From positions 960,001 through 1,024,000 of the forward strand of contig OZ219871.1 in NCBI GenBank assembly GCA_964291495.2: a DNA stretch of 64,000 nt. The letters are read 5' to 3'. The notes under the pieces are model-generated. The model was given only the letters and a program-made list of their open reading frames with translations, did not search any database and was not told the DNA's origin. Source of the DNA: Dehalococcoidia bacterium (GTDB taxonomy: Bacteria; Chloroflexota; Dehalococcoidia; UBA2979). Positions within the stretch are counted from its first letter, which is position 1, and the number at the start of each line of letters is the position of its first letter. The position numbers and the translations under genes are program-made. Shown piece by piece: positions 9,819-19,491 of this stretch.

Positions 9819-10073
9819 TCACAGCTCGAGTGGACGGGCCGGCCAGGGCAGGCGCTCGAACTCCCCATCGTCCTGCGGGATCTCAAGCAGCAACCGGGCG
9901 AACGTCGGCGCGGCCGCGTTGTCGAGCATGCGGAGGCGCTCGTACTCGTCTACGGCCAGCACCACCACGGCCGGGTTACCCCGGCGCGTCACCCGCTGGG
10001 GCTCGCCCGACATCGCGGCGTCTACGACGGCACTGAAGCGATTCTTGGCGTCTTGCAGCTGCCACACGGCCAT
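9819..10073 (-). CDS. Phd/YefM family antitoxin
   Basis: MAVWQLQDAKNRFSAVV...PQRVTRRGNPAVVV. Confidence 0.9.
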   Translation of the reverse strand: MAVWQLQDAKNRFSAVVDAAMSGEPQRVTRRGNPAVVVLAVDEYERLRMLDNAAAPTFARLLLEIPQDDGEFERLPWPARPLEL

Positions 10074-10082
10074 GGTGACCTT

Positions 10083-10104
10083 CTGTCTAGACAGTCTGGC
10101 TAGA
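10083..10104. promoter_or_regulatory. Probable TA operator
   Basis: Perfect palindrome CTGTCTAGACAG followed by imperfect TCTGGCTAGA, just upstream of the antitoxin. Confidence 0.65.
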
Positions 10105-10143
10105 TTGTAAGGGCCGCGTCGCATCCTGCCAAGCCACGGACGC

Positions 10144-11430
10144 CTAGCCCGCCCGCCGCTGCGCCAGCCCAGCCTCGATGCGCCGCTCAGGACGCCCGAG
10201 GAGCACGGTGGCGATCGAGATCAGCGGGAGCGCGGCCATCACCAGCACGCCCACGTCGTAGCTGCCGGTCAGGTCGCGGAACAGCGCGAGCGGCAGCGGA
10301 CCGACCGCCGCGCCGGTGATGCCCGCCATCATCGCCGCGCCCTGCACCCGGCCCAGCCCGAAGCGCCCGTAGTAGTGCGCCCAGATCACGCCCTGCACGA
10401 TGCGCTGCGATCCGCCGGTGACGCCCATCGCGGCCACGTACAACACCGCCATCCAGACCGAGGTCACCACCAGCGCCAGCAGGCAGACCGTGAACAGCGC
10501 GCACATCGAGAACACGAACAGCCGCAGCGGACCGGTCCGCTCCACCACGAACCCGACCACCATCGAGGTCGCCGCCGAGGAGACCGCGAAGACCACGAAC
10601 ACCGCCGCCGCGAGCGTCGCGCTCAGCCCGTGCTGCTCGAAGATCGAGGTCTGGTGGAAGACCAGCGCCGTCACCACCAGACCCGGCGTCGCCAGCGGGG
10701 CGGCCAGCATCCAGAACGCCAGCGATCGCATGACCGGCCTCGCGGCGGCCGCCGCCGGGCTGAACGCCGGGGTCTGCTCGATCAGCGGCGGGTGATCGGC
10801 GCCGTCGGGGAACAGGCCGACGTCCTCAGGGCGGTTGCGAATGAGGAAGACGGCGGCGGGGATGATCAGCAGCAGCACCAGCACACCGAGCAGCGCATAC
10901 GCCTCGCGCCAGCCGTAGGCGTCGATCAGGAAGCGGCTGAGCGGCGGCAGCACGGCGTTGGAGAGCGGGAAGCCCAGGCCCATCAGCGCGATCGCGCGGC
11001 CTCGGCGCGTCACGAACCACTGGTTCACGAGCAGCGTCGCGTTGATCGCGAGCGAGCCCTGGCCGAGCGCCCTCAGACCGGCGAACGAGAGGTAGAACGC
11101 GGCGAGGCCGACCGAGAACGCCATCCCGAAACAGGCCGCGCCGAAGGCGACGCCCACGAGGATCAGGTTCAGGCGCGCGCCCCAGCGGTCCGCCAGCCGG
11201 CTCACCAGCACCACCATCAGCGCGCTCAGCCCCGTGCTGACCGCGTACAGCGCCGAGATCGTCGAACGCGAGAACCCGGTGTCCTCGATCATCGAGTCGA
11301 CGAAGATCGAGAAGACGAACGACTGCCCCGGCCCGGTGCTGAACACGACCATCGCGCAGGTGACGACGATCACCCAGCCGTAGAAGAAGCGGCGGGGCCC
11401 GATGACCTGCGGCGTCGCGTCTTCCGGCAC
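10144..11430 (-). CDS. MFS transporter
   Basis: About 12 hydrophobic segments; FFYGWVIV, SRLADRWGAR, WFVTRRGRA. Confidence 0.9.
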   Translation of the reverse strand: MPEDATPQVIGPRRFFYGWVIVVTCAMVVFSTGPGQSFVFSIFVDSMIEDTGFSRSTISALYAVSTGLSALMVVLVSRLADRWGARLNLILVGVAFGAACFGMAFSVGLAAFYLSFAGLRALGQGSLAINATLLVNQWFVTRRGRAIALMGLGFPLSNAVLPPLSRFLIDAYGWREAYALLGVLVLLLIIPAAVFLIRNRPEDVGLFPDGADHPPLIEQTPAFSPAAAAARPVMRSLAFWMLAAPLATPGLVVTALVFHQTSIFEQHGLSATLAAAVFVVFAVSSAATSMVVGFVVERTGPLRLFVFSMCALFTVCLLALVVTSVWMAVLYVAAMGVTGGSQRIVQGVIWAHYYGRFGLGRVQGAAMMAGITGAAVGPLPLALFRDLTGSYDVGVLVMAALPLISIATVLLGRPERRIEAGLAQRRAG

Positions 11431-11598
11431 GCAGCCTCATCCCGTCCGTGGTCGCGAGGAAGCGCCGAGCCTACCGGCGCCGCTCGCGAGGGGCGAACCG
11501 CACGCCGCATCAGTGCCCCTGGGCTGGCCTGCAAAGACAAGACATATTGTGGGTCGCCACTGCCTGTGCGGAGGCGTAGAATCACGAAAGTGACATCC

Positions 11599-13496
11599 AT
11601 GCCGCAGACCGAAACGCGGCTGGCCGGACGCCTTTCCGGTCCCCGCATGCCCGTATTGCTCCGGCTTGTCGGGCGCTCGCTGCCTTACAAGGGCGCGATC
11701 GCGATGTCCTTCGTCGTACTGATCATGGCCGCCGCCCTCGACGTCGCCGCGCCCGCCCTCGTCGGCGTCGCCATCAACTACGGGCTCGACATCGCGACCG
11801 AGCGCGGGGCCGGGGGCATCGAGCAGACGGTCGCGCGAGGCACGATCGCAACGCTGCTCCTTGCGGTGGGCGCGCTGCTGCTGGCGGGCGTCGGCCGCGG
11901 GCTCTTCAAGTACGGCCAGGCATACCTCGGCGAGCGCATCTCGCAGGACATCGCCTACGACTTCCGCAACGACATCTACGACCGCCTGCAGCGGCTCAGC
12001 TACGCCTACCACGACCAGGCGCAGATCGGGCAGATCATGTCGCGCGCCACCGGCGACGTTGAGGGTGTGCGCATGTTCGTGAGCATGGGCGTGCTGCGCT
12101 TCCTCTACGTGATCGTGCTGTGCGCGGCCGTCTACGCGCTGATGATCACCACCAACGCCAAGGTCGGCCTCGCGGCGCTGGTCTTCACGCCGATCATCGC
12201 CATCCAGGGCACCTGGACGTCCGCCAAGCTGCGGTCGGTCTGGCTCTACGTGCAGGACTTGCAGGGTCAGATGGCCAACGTGCTGCAGGAGAACCTCACC
12301 GGCCAGCGCGTGGTCAAGGCCTTCTCGCGCACCGAGCACGAGCAACAGAAGTTCGACGCCAAGGTCGACGAGCTCTTCAAGCACTCGTACTCGACCAGCA
12401 AGTTCCAGGCCTTCAACGAGCCATTCCTGCAGTCACTCTGGCTGCTCTCGCTGGCCGTCGTGTTCTGGCTGGGCGTGACCGAGGTGCAGGCGGGGAACAT
12501 GAACACCGGCCAGCTCGCGTCGTTCCTGCTCTGGCTGACCTTGCTGCAGGTGCCGGTCCGCTCGATCGGCTGGATCATCATGATGTTCGCGCGCGCCCAC
12601 TCCACGGGCAGCCGCATCTTCGAGATCCTCGACGCGGAGTCTCCAGTCCAGGAGAACCCCGGCGCGTCCCCATCGAGGTCGAGCGCGGCGACGTGCGTTT
12701 CGAGGGCGTCAGCTTCCAGTACGACGCGGCCTCGCCCGTCCTGCGCGACATCTCGATCGCGGCCAGCCCCGGCGAGACGATCGCCCTGCTCGGGCGCACC
12801 GGCTCCGGCAAGTCCACCGTCGTCAACCTGCTGCCGCGCTTCTACGACGTGAGCGAGGGCCGGATCGCGATCGACGATCAGGATGTCCGCGAGGTGACCC
12901 TCGAGTCCCTGCGCGACGCGATCGGCATCGTGCAGCAGGATCTCTTCCTCTTCATCGGCACCATTCGCGACAACATCCGCTACGGCCAGCTCGACGCCAC
13001 CGACGAGGAGGTGATCGAGGCGGCGAAGGCCGCACGCATCCACGAGTTCATCGAGGAGATGCCGGAGGGCTACGACACCTGGGTCGGCGAGCGCGGCGTC
13101 ACCCTCTCCGGCGGACAGCGCCAGCGCATCTCGATCGCACGCACACTGCTGCGCGACCCGCGCGTGCTGATCCTCGACGACTCGACGGCGTCCGTGGACA
13201 TGCGCACGGAGTACGAGATCCACGGGGCGCTGGATGCGCTGATGGAGAACCGCACGACGTTCGTGATCGCGCAGCGCCTGCGCACCGTGAAGGAGGCCGA
13301 CCAGATCCTCGTCCTCGAGGACGGCGTAATCGTGGAGCGCGGCCGCCATGACGAGCTGCTCGAGCGCGACGGTTTCTACCGCCAGATCTACGACCTCGAG
13401 CTGCGCGACCAGGAGGAAGCCCAGGCCGCCTTGGAGCAGCAGCCCAGCGCCGCGGAGGCTCACGAGCCCGCGCCGGCGGCCGGAGGAGGCAGCTAG
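11599..13496 (+). CDS. ABC exporter (TMD+NBD) subunit 1, frameshifted near 12666
   Basis: TMD in one frame to ...QENPGA; NBD in another (GRTGSGKST, LSGGQRQR, ILDDS); a single missing base would join them. Confidence 0.85.
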
Positions 13497-15421
13497 TGGC
13501 CTACTGGGGCGGCGGTCAGGCAGGCGGCTGGAGCGGCGACATGCGCGGCGTCCGCCAGGGCCGCGCCGTCGACGGCTGGGACTACGACGAGCTGGGCCGC
13601 GTCTACGACCCCGTACTGGTGCGGCGCATCGTGCCGATGCTCGGGCCCTACAAGGTGCAGGCGATCATCGCGGTGATCGCGATGGCGGTCTTCGCGATCG
13701 CCTCCTACGCACAGCCCTACGTGATGGCCGCCGCGACCGAGTCGATCGTCGACAAGCTGCGCTCCAACGACCCGGCCGTGGTCGCACAGGTGGACAACGA
13801 GATCGTCGAGTTCGGCGTGCTGCTCGTCGCGCTCGCCGCCGTCTCGTTCGTCTCCGCCGCGGTGCAACGGCTGATGACGGGCTACGTCGGGCACCGCATT
13901 CTGCGCGACATGCGCAGCAGCATGTTCGCGCACCTCAACCGGCTCTCGCTGAGCTTCTACGACCGCGAAGAGGTCGGGCGCATCATGTCGCGCGTCACCT
14001 CGGATGTGGTGACGCTGCAGGAGCTGATCACCACCGGCTTCCTTAATATCCTCGCGGACGCAGTCGGGCTGGCGCTGATCGTCGGCTTCCTGTTCTGGCT
14101 GGATCCGCTGCTCGCGGTGGTGGCGCTGTCCGTGATCCCGTTGCTGCTCATCTTCATGGCCTGGTGGCAGACGCCCGCCGCGCGCGCCTTCATCCGCGTG
14201 CGACAGGCGATCTCGATCGTCAACGGCGCGATCAACGAGAACGTCTCCGGTGTTCGCATCGTCCAGTCCCTCAACCGCGAAGAGGAGAACCTCAAGCGCT
14301 TCGAGCTGCTCAACCGCCGCCACCGCGACTCCAACATGCAGGCCGTGCGGCTGCAGGCCAGCGTCATCCCCACGGTCGAGGTGCTCGCTACCGCCGCCAC
14401 AGGCATGGTGCTGATCGTGATCGGCATCCGCGTCTTCAACGGCAGCCTCGGCGCCGGCGAGGCGCTCGGCTTCACGGTCGGTTTCCTGCTCTACATCCAG
14501 CGCTTCTTCAACCCCGTCCGCGACATCGTCCTGCAGTACACGATGCTCCAGCGCGCCATGGCCGGCGCCCACCGCATCTTCGAGGTGCTCGACACCGAGC
14601 CGGAGATCGTCGACCCGCCGGACGCCCTCTCCCTCCCCGATGTCGAGGGCCGCATCGACTTCAACAACGTCGACTTCAGCTACGTCAGGGACGTCCCCGT
14701 GCTGCGTGGCTTCGACCTGCAGATCGCGGCCGGCGAGACCGTCGCCTTCGTCGGCCACACCGGAGCGGGCAAGACGACGGTGACCGCCCTGGTCAACCGC
14801 TCCTACGATATCCAGGACGGCGAGATCCTGATCGACGGGCACGACCTGCGCACAATCGAGCGCGCCTCGCTGACGCGGCGCATGAGCGTGGTGCTGCAGG
14901 AGCCCTACCTCTTCTCCGGCACGATCGGCGACAACATCCGCTACGGCCGCCTCGACGCGACCGACGCGGAGATCGAGGAGGCCGCCCGCGCGGTGGGCGC
15001 CAGCGAGTTCATCGAGCGCCTGCCCGAGCGGTACGAGACCGAGCTGCACGAGCGCGGCCTCAACCTCTCGGTCGGGCAGCGCCAGCTGATCGCCTTCGCG
15101 CGCGCCGTCGTGGCGGAGCCGCGCATCCTGATCCTCGACGAGGCGACCGCGAACATCGACACGCACTCGGAGCGGCTGATCCAGCAGGCGCTGCGCACGA
15201 TCCTGCGCGACCGCACCTCGCTCGTGATCGCCCACCGGCTCTCGACGATCCGCAGCGCCGACCGCATCGTCGTGATGCGCGACGGCGAGATCGTCGAGAT
15301 CGGCCCACACGAGGAACTCATGGCCCTCGACGGCGTGTATGCCGACCTCTATCGCATGACCTACCAGCGCTCCGAGGATGGCGGCGCACCCGTTGAGGAG
15401 GGCGCCGGGGCCGGGGCCTAG
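13496..15421 (+). CDS. ABC exporter (TMD+NBD) subunit 2 of a heterodimer
   Basis: GHTGAGKT, LSVGQRQ, ILDEAT, IAHRLST; TAGTG coupling. Partner has degenerate DD Walker B and Q for the switch His, as in heterodimeric exporters. Confidence 0.92.
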   Translation: MAYWGGGQAGGWSGDMRGVRQGRAVDGWDYDELGRVYDPVLVRRIVPMLGPYKVQAIIAVIAMAVFAIASYAQPYVMAAATESIVDKLRSNDPAVVAQVDNEIVEFGVLLVALAAVSFVSAAVQRLMTGYVGHRILRDMRSSMFAHLNRLSLSFYDREEVGRIMSRVTSDVVTLQELITTGFLNILADAVGLALIVGFLFWLDPLLAVVALSVIPLLLIFMAWWQTPAARAFIRVRQAISIVNGAINENVSGVRIVQSLNREEENLKRFELLNRRHRDSNMQAVRLQASVIPTVEVLATAATGMVLIVIGIRVFNGSLGAGEALGFTVGFLLYIQRFFNPVRDIVLQYTMLQRAMAGAHRIFEVLDTEPEIVDPPDALSLPDVEGRIDFNNVDFSYVRDVPVLRGFDLQIAAGETVAFVGHTGAGKTTVTALVNRSYDIQDGEILIDGHDLRTIERASLTRRMSVVLQEPYLFSGTIGDNIRYGRLDATDAEIEEAARAVGASEFIERLPERYETELHERGLNLSVGQRQLIAFARAVVAEPRILILDEATANIDTHSERLIQQALRTILRDRTSLVIAHRLSTIRSADRIVVMRDGEIVEIGPHEELMALDGVYADLYRMTYQRSEDGGAPVEEGAGAGA

Positions 15422-15538
15422 CGCGCTTCACCTTCTCCCTACTATTATGAGACTCCGTACCGTTCGCACCGTACGGCATGCAGCGTCTACAATGCCGCCG
15501 CAGCCGGACCGAACGCGGGGTTCGCAGGAGGCTGACGC

Positions 15539-16456
15539 ATGCCGCACACGCTGCTGCTCGCCGAGCCTCGCGGCTTTTGTGCGGGCGTGGTGCGCGCGAT
15601 CGACGTCCTTGACGCGGTGCTCGACCGCGAGCCGCCGCCGATCTACGCCTTCCACGAGATCGTCCACAACCGCCACGTCGTCGACGGCTTCCGCGCCCGC
15701 GGCGCCGTCTTCGTCGACGATGTCGCCGAGGTGCCCGAGGGCTCGCGCATCGTCTTCAGCGCGCACGGCGTCTCGCCCGCCGTCGTCGACGAGGCAGAGC
15801 GCCGTCGCCTGCGCGTCATCGACACCACCTGCCCGCTCGTGACCAAGGTGCACCTCGAAACGAAGAACGCCGTCAAGCTCGGCTACGAAGTGCTGCTGGT
15901 CGGCCACCGCGGCCACGACGAGACCGTCGGCACCTACGGCGAGGCGCCGGATCGCACCACGATCGTGGAGAACGCCGGCGAGGTCGCCGACATCGAGGTT
16001 GAGCGGCCCGTCTTCGTCGTCACGCAGACGACGCTGTCCGTCAACGACACGGCGGACGTCATCGACGAGATCCGCGGCCGCTACCCGGACGCCGAGGTGC
16101 GCAACGATATCTGCTACGCGACCACCAACCGCCAGTTCGCGGTGCGCAAGGTCGCCGAGCGAGCCGACCTCCTGCTCGTCGTCGGCTCCCGGAACTCAAG
16201 CAACTCCGTGCGCCTGCGCGAGGTTGCCGAGGACGCCGGCGTGACCGCCTATCGCGTGGACGGCCTCGACGAGATCGACCCCGCCTGGTACGAGGGCGTC
16301 GACGTGGTCGGCCTCACCTCGGGCGCCTCGGTGCCCGACGAGCTGCTCGAGCCGATCATCGAGGACCTGAAGGCTCGCGGCGTCACCCGCGTCGAGCCCG
16401 TCGTCGTCGCCGAGGAGAACGTCGAGTTCCGCCTGCCGCAGGGTCTGGAAGCGTAG
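15539..16456 (+). CDS. ispH: 4-hydroxy-3-methylbut-2-enyl diphosphate reductase, copy 1
   Basis: PRGFCAGVVRA, IVHN, FSAHGV, TCPLV, TQTTLS, ICYATTNRQ, NSSNS, GASVP. Confidence 0.95.
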   Translation: MPHTLLLAEPRGFCAGVVRAIDVLDAVLDREPPPIYAFHEIVHNRHVVDGFRARGAVFVDDVAEVPEGSRIVFSAHGVSPAVVDEAERRRLRVIDTTCPLVTKVHLETKNAVKLGYEVLLVGHRGHDETVGTYGEAPDRTTIVENAGEVADIEVERPVFVVTQTTLSVNDTADVIDEIRGRYPDAEVRNDICYATTNRQFAVRKVAERADLLLVVGSRNSSNSVRLREVAEDAGVTAYRVDGLDEIDPAWYEGVDVVGLTSGASVPDELLEPIIEDLKARGVTRVEPVVVAEENVEFRLPQGLEA

Positions 16457-16471
16457 CGGCGCGCAATAGCC

Positions 16472-16684
16472 TCACGCCGGGATGAGTTCATCTCTCACGA
16501 GGTGGAGCCGGATCGTACGGGGGCGTTCGGGATCGCCCTCGTCGAAGTGGGTGCGGACGGCGTCACGGGTCATCTCACGAAGCTTCTCGAAGGTGTCCGC
16601 CTCGGTGAAGATCGAGTGTCCGAGCGCCTGGGCGGTGTAGCCGCCTTCCGCCGCTTCCTCGACCGCGAAGATGATCTCGCTCAT
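16472..16684 (-). CDS. HicB-like small antitoxin, toxin-less
   Basis: MSEIIFAVEEAAEGGYTAQALGHSIFTEADTFEKLREMTRDAV. Confidence 0.75.
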   Translation of the reverse strand: MSEIIFAVEEAAEGGYTAQALGHSIFTEADTFEKLREMTRDAVRTHFDEGDPERPRTIRLHLVRDELIPA

Positions 16685-16833
16685 GTCGTTCCCCTATCCC
16701 CGAGAGCATATGGCCTTACTGCGCCCATCGGGCCTGTCGCCCCCGCGCAGCCACGGTCGGCTGTGGGGCCCGTGCTACGATTGACAGCGCGACCGGGTTT
16801 CATCCGCTACCGGTCCCGGGGAGGGCCCGCCGC

Positions 16834-17754
16834 ATGCCGCACACCCTCCTGCTCGCCGAGCCGCGCGGCTTCTGCGCCGGCGTCGTGCGCGCGATTGACG
16901 TCCTCGACTCCGTGCTCGACCACGAGCCGCCGCCCGTCTACGCCTTCCACGAGATCGTGCACAACCGGCACGTCGTCGACGGCTTCCGCGCCCGTGGCGC
17001 CATCTTCGTCGACGACGTCACCGAGGTGCCCGAGGGCTCGCGCATCGTCTTCAGCGCACACGGCGTCTCGCCCGCCGTGGTCGACGAGGCGAAGCGCCGG
17101 CGCCTGCGCATCATCGACGCCACCTGTCCCCTGGTGACCCGTGTGCACCTCGAGACGCGCAAGGCCGTCAACGACGGCTACGACATCCTCCTCGTCGGCC
17201 ATCGCGGCCACGACGAGACCGCCGGCACGCTCGGCCAGGCGCCCGATCGCATGCGGATCGTCGAGGACGCCGACGAGGTCGCCAGGATCGATCCCATCGA
17301 GCGCCCGGTGTTCGTCGTCACGCAGACCACGCTGTCAATGGACGACACGGCGAGCGCCATCGACGGGATCCGGGAGATCTACCCCGACGCCGAGGTGCGC
17401 AACGACATCTGCTACGCCACTACCAATCGCCAGCTCGCCGTGCGCGCGATCGCCGAGCGGGCCGACCTCCTGCTCGTCGTCGGCTCGGCGAACTCGAGCA
17501 ACTCCGTGCGGCTGCGCGAGGTTGCCGAGGCGGCCGGCGTGAGGGCCTACCGCGTCGACGGGATCGACGAAATCGACCCCGCCTGGTACGAGAGCGCCGA
17601 CATCGTGGGCCTCACCGCCGGTGCCTCCGTGCCCGACGAGCTCCTCGATCCGATCATCGAGGATCTGAAGGCCCGCGGCGTCACGACCATCGAGCCGATC
17701 GTCGTCGCCGAGGAGACCGTGGAGTTCCGGCTGCCGGACGAGCTGGAGGTCTAG
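16834..17754 (+). CDS. ispH: 4-hydroxy-3-methylbut-2-enyl diphosphate reductase, copy 2
   Basis: All three Fe-S Cys motifs and His motifs intact; N-terminal part nearly identical to copy 1. Confidence 0.95.
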   Translation: MPHTLLLAEPRGFCAGVVRAIDVLDSVLDHEPPPVYAFHEIVHNRHVVDGFRARGAIFVDDVTEVPEGSRIVFSAHGVSPAVVDEAKRRRLRIIDATCPLVTRVHLETRKAVNDGYDILLVGHRGHDETAGTLGQAPDRMRIVEDADEVARIDPIERPVFVVTQTTLSMDDTASAIDGIREIYPDAEVRNDICYATTNRQLAVRAIAERADLLLVVGSANSSNSVRLREVAEAAGVRAYRVDGIDEIDPAWYESADIVGLTAGASVPDELLDPIIEDLKARGVTTIEPIVVAEETVEFRLPDELEV

Positions 17755-17758
17755 CGAC

Positions 17759-17983
17759 GTGAACTGGGAGACTTGCTCTGCAGTCGAGCGCCACGCTGAC
17801 ACAATGAGCGGAGCATGGGTGTTCCGCGGTACCCGCGTGCCCGTCTCGACGCTCTTCCAGAACCTCAAGGATGGCGCCTCGACGGAGGAGTTCCTGGCGT
17901 GGTTCCCCGGCGTCGAGCGAAGCCACGTGGAGGCTGTCCTCGATAACGAAGTCAAGGGTTTGGCAGCCCCGATTCGTTCGTGA
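17759..17983 (+). CDS. DUF433 family antitoxin-like protein
   Basis: SGAWVFRGTRVPVSTLFQNLKDGASTEEFLAWFPGV. Confidence 0.85.
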   Translation: MNWETCSAVERHADTMSGAWVFRGTRVPVSTLFQNLKDGASTEEFLAWFPGVERSHVEAVLDNEVKGLAAPIRS

Positions 17984-18030
17984 GGATCCTGTTCGACCGG
18001 GATGTACCCGCACCAGGGCAGTCACGATGA
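17980..18030 (+). pseudogene. N-terminal stub of a DUF5615/PIN-like toxin (MRILFDRDVPAPGQSR*)
   Basis: GTGA overlap with the DUF433 stop; MRILFD..xPAP resembles the usual partner N-terminus; stops after 16 codons. Confidence 0.65.
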
Positions 18031-19088
18031 GATCACGAGCTGCGATCCTCACCGGCGCCGACGCGCCGATCCTCGTCGAGGAGGTGGAACTCGGGGAGCC
18101 GGCGGCGGGCGACGTGCTCGTGAGGATGGCGGCGACCGGCGTCTGCCACTCCGACCTGCACTACCTGCGCGGCTACCGCGAGATCGCCAGGCCCACGCTG
18201 ATGGGGCACGAAGGGTCCGGCGAGGTGATCGCCGTCGGCGAGGGCGTTACGCACCTCGCCCCCGGCGATCGCATCATCACCTCGGTCGTACGGCGCGACG
18301 GCAATCCGGCCGACGCGGCCAACGCCTCCTCGGCCAGCTCGGTGACGTGGCGCGGCGAGGAGCTCGACGGGCACCAGAGCGCGATCTACACGTGGGCGGA
18401 GCACACGCTGCTCAACGCCGATCACGTGGTGAAGGTGCCGGAGGAGACGCCCCTCGACGTGGCCGCGCCGCTCGGCTGCGGCGTCCTCACCGGGGCTGGG
18501 ACGGTGCTCAACGCGCTGGACGCGCAGCCCGGACGCTCGAGCGCCGTCTGGGGCGTCGGCGGCGTCGGTCTCTCGGCGATCACCGCACTGAGCGTGCGTG
18601 GCTGCGACCCGATCATCGCCGTCGACCTCTCGGACGAGAAGCTCGAGTTCGCGCGCCGCTTCGGCGCGACCGAGGTCGTCAACGCCACCGCGGGCGACCC
18701 CGTCGAGCAGGTCCGTGAGCTGAGCGGCGGCGGTGTGGACTACGCGATCGACGCGATCGGCGCGCGCGGGACCACGCAGCAGATCGTCGAGGCGACGAAG
18801 GGCCACCGCGGCGCCGAGCGTGGCGGCACAGCCGCGATGATCGCCACCGGCAACATGGTGCGCGTCCCGGCGGGCCAGATGGTGATGAGCCAGAAGACGC
18901 TCATCGGCGTGCTGCTCGGCTCGGCCGTCCCGGAGCGCGACGTGCCCGAGCTGCTGCGCTGGCACCGCGAGGGGATGTTCGACCTCGACGCGCTCGTGAC
19001 CGAGCGCTACGCGCTCGACGAGATCAACGAGGCGACAAGCCGGCTCGACAGCGGCAAGGTCTTCGGCCGCAGCATCGTCGTCTTCTAG
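18027..19088 (+). CDS. Zn-dependent alcohol dehydrogenase (MDR) lacking the structural-Zn lobe
   Basis: GVCHSD, GHEG, LGCG, GVGGVG; no CxxCxxC cluster. Confidence 0.88.
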   Translation: MRSRAAILTGADAPILVEEVELGEPAAGDVLVRMAATGVCHSDLHYLRGYREIARPTLMGHEGSGEVIAVGEGVTHLAPGDRIITSVVRRDGNPADAANASSASSVTWRGEELDGHQSAIYTWAEHTLLNADHVVKVPEETPLDVAAPLGCGVLTGAGTVLNALDAQPGRSSAVWGVGGVGLSAITALSVRGCDPIIAVDLSDEKLEFARRFGATEVVNATAGDPVEQVRELSGGGVDYAIDAIGARGTTQQIVEATKGHRGAERGGTAAMIATGNMVRVPAGQMVMSQKTLIGVLLGSAVPERDVPELLRWHREGMFDLDALVTERYALDEINEATSRLDSGKVFGRSIVVF

Positions 19089-19486
19089 CCGCCGGGCGGT
19101 GGCGCGACGCGCACCGAGGCGCGGCTCATCTCGATGCCGTTGAGCACGAGGTGGAACGAGTGATCGCCGTAGGCGGGGAAGTTCACGCCGACGAGGTTCA
19201 CCAGCACCCGCGCCGTGCCGCTCGTGCCGCCGCTGACCGGCGGCAGCGGCATCTCGCCCTCGATGCGGTCGATGATCTGCTGGCCGTCCGCGTCGTAGCC
19301 GCCGACCTCGAGGCGGTGCGTGCCTGCCTCGGCGACCGAGTAGCGGATCTGCGCGACCATCGTGAGCAGCGGGTGCCGCGTCGGCACCTCGGCGGCGTGG
19401 ATCGTGTCGACGCCGATGCCGAGCGCGTGCAGCTTGCCGCCGGACTCCTCGGCGAAGTCGCTGAGGAAGGCGAACTCCAGGTCCAT
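19085..19486 (-). CDS. Conserved hypothetical beta-sandwich protein (DUF6941-like)
   Basis: MDLEFAFLSDFA..GGKLHALG...FPAYGDHSFHLVLNG. Confidence 0.65.
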   Translation of the reverse strand: MDLEFAFLSDFAEESGGKLHALGIGVDTIHAAEVPTRHPLLTMVAQIRYSVAEAGTHRLEVGGYDADGQQIIDRIEGEMPLPPVSGGTSGTARVLVNLVGVNFPAYGDHSFHLVLNGIEMSRASVRVAPPPGG

Positions 19487-19491
19487 CGTCG

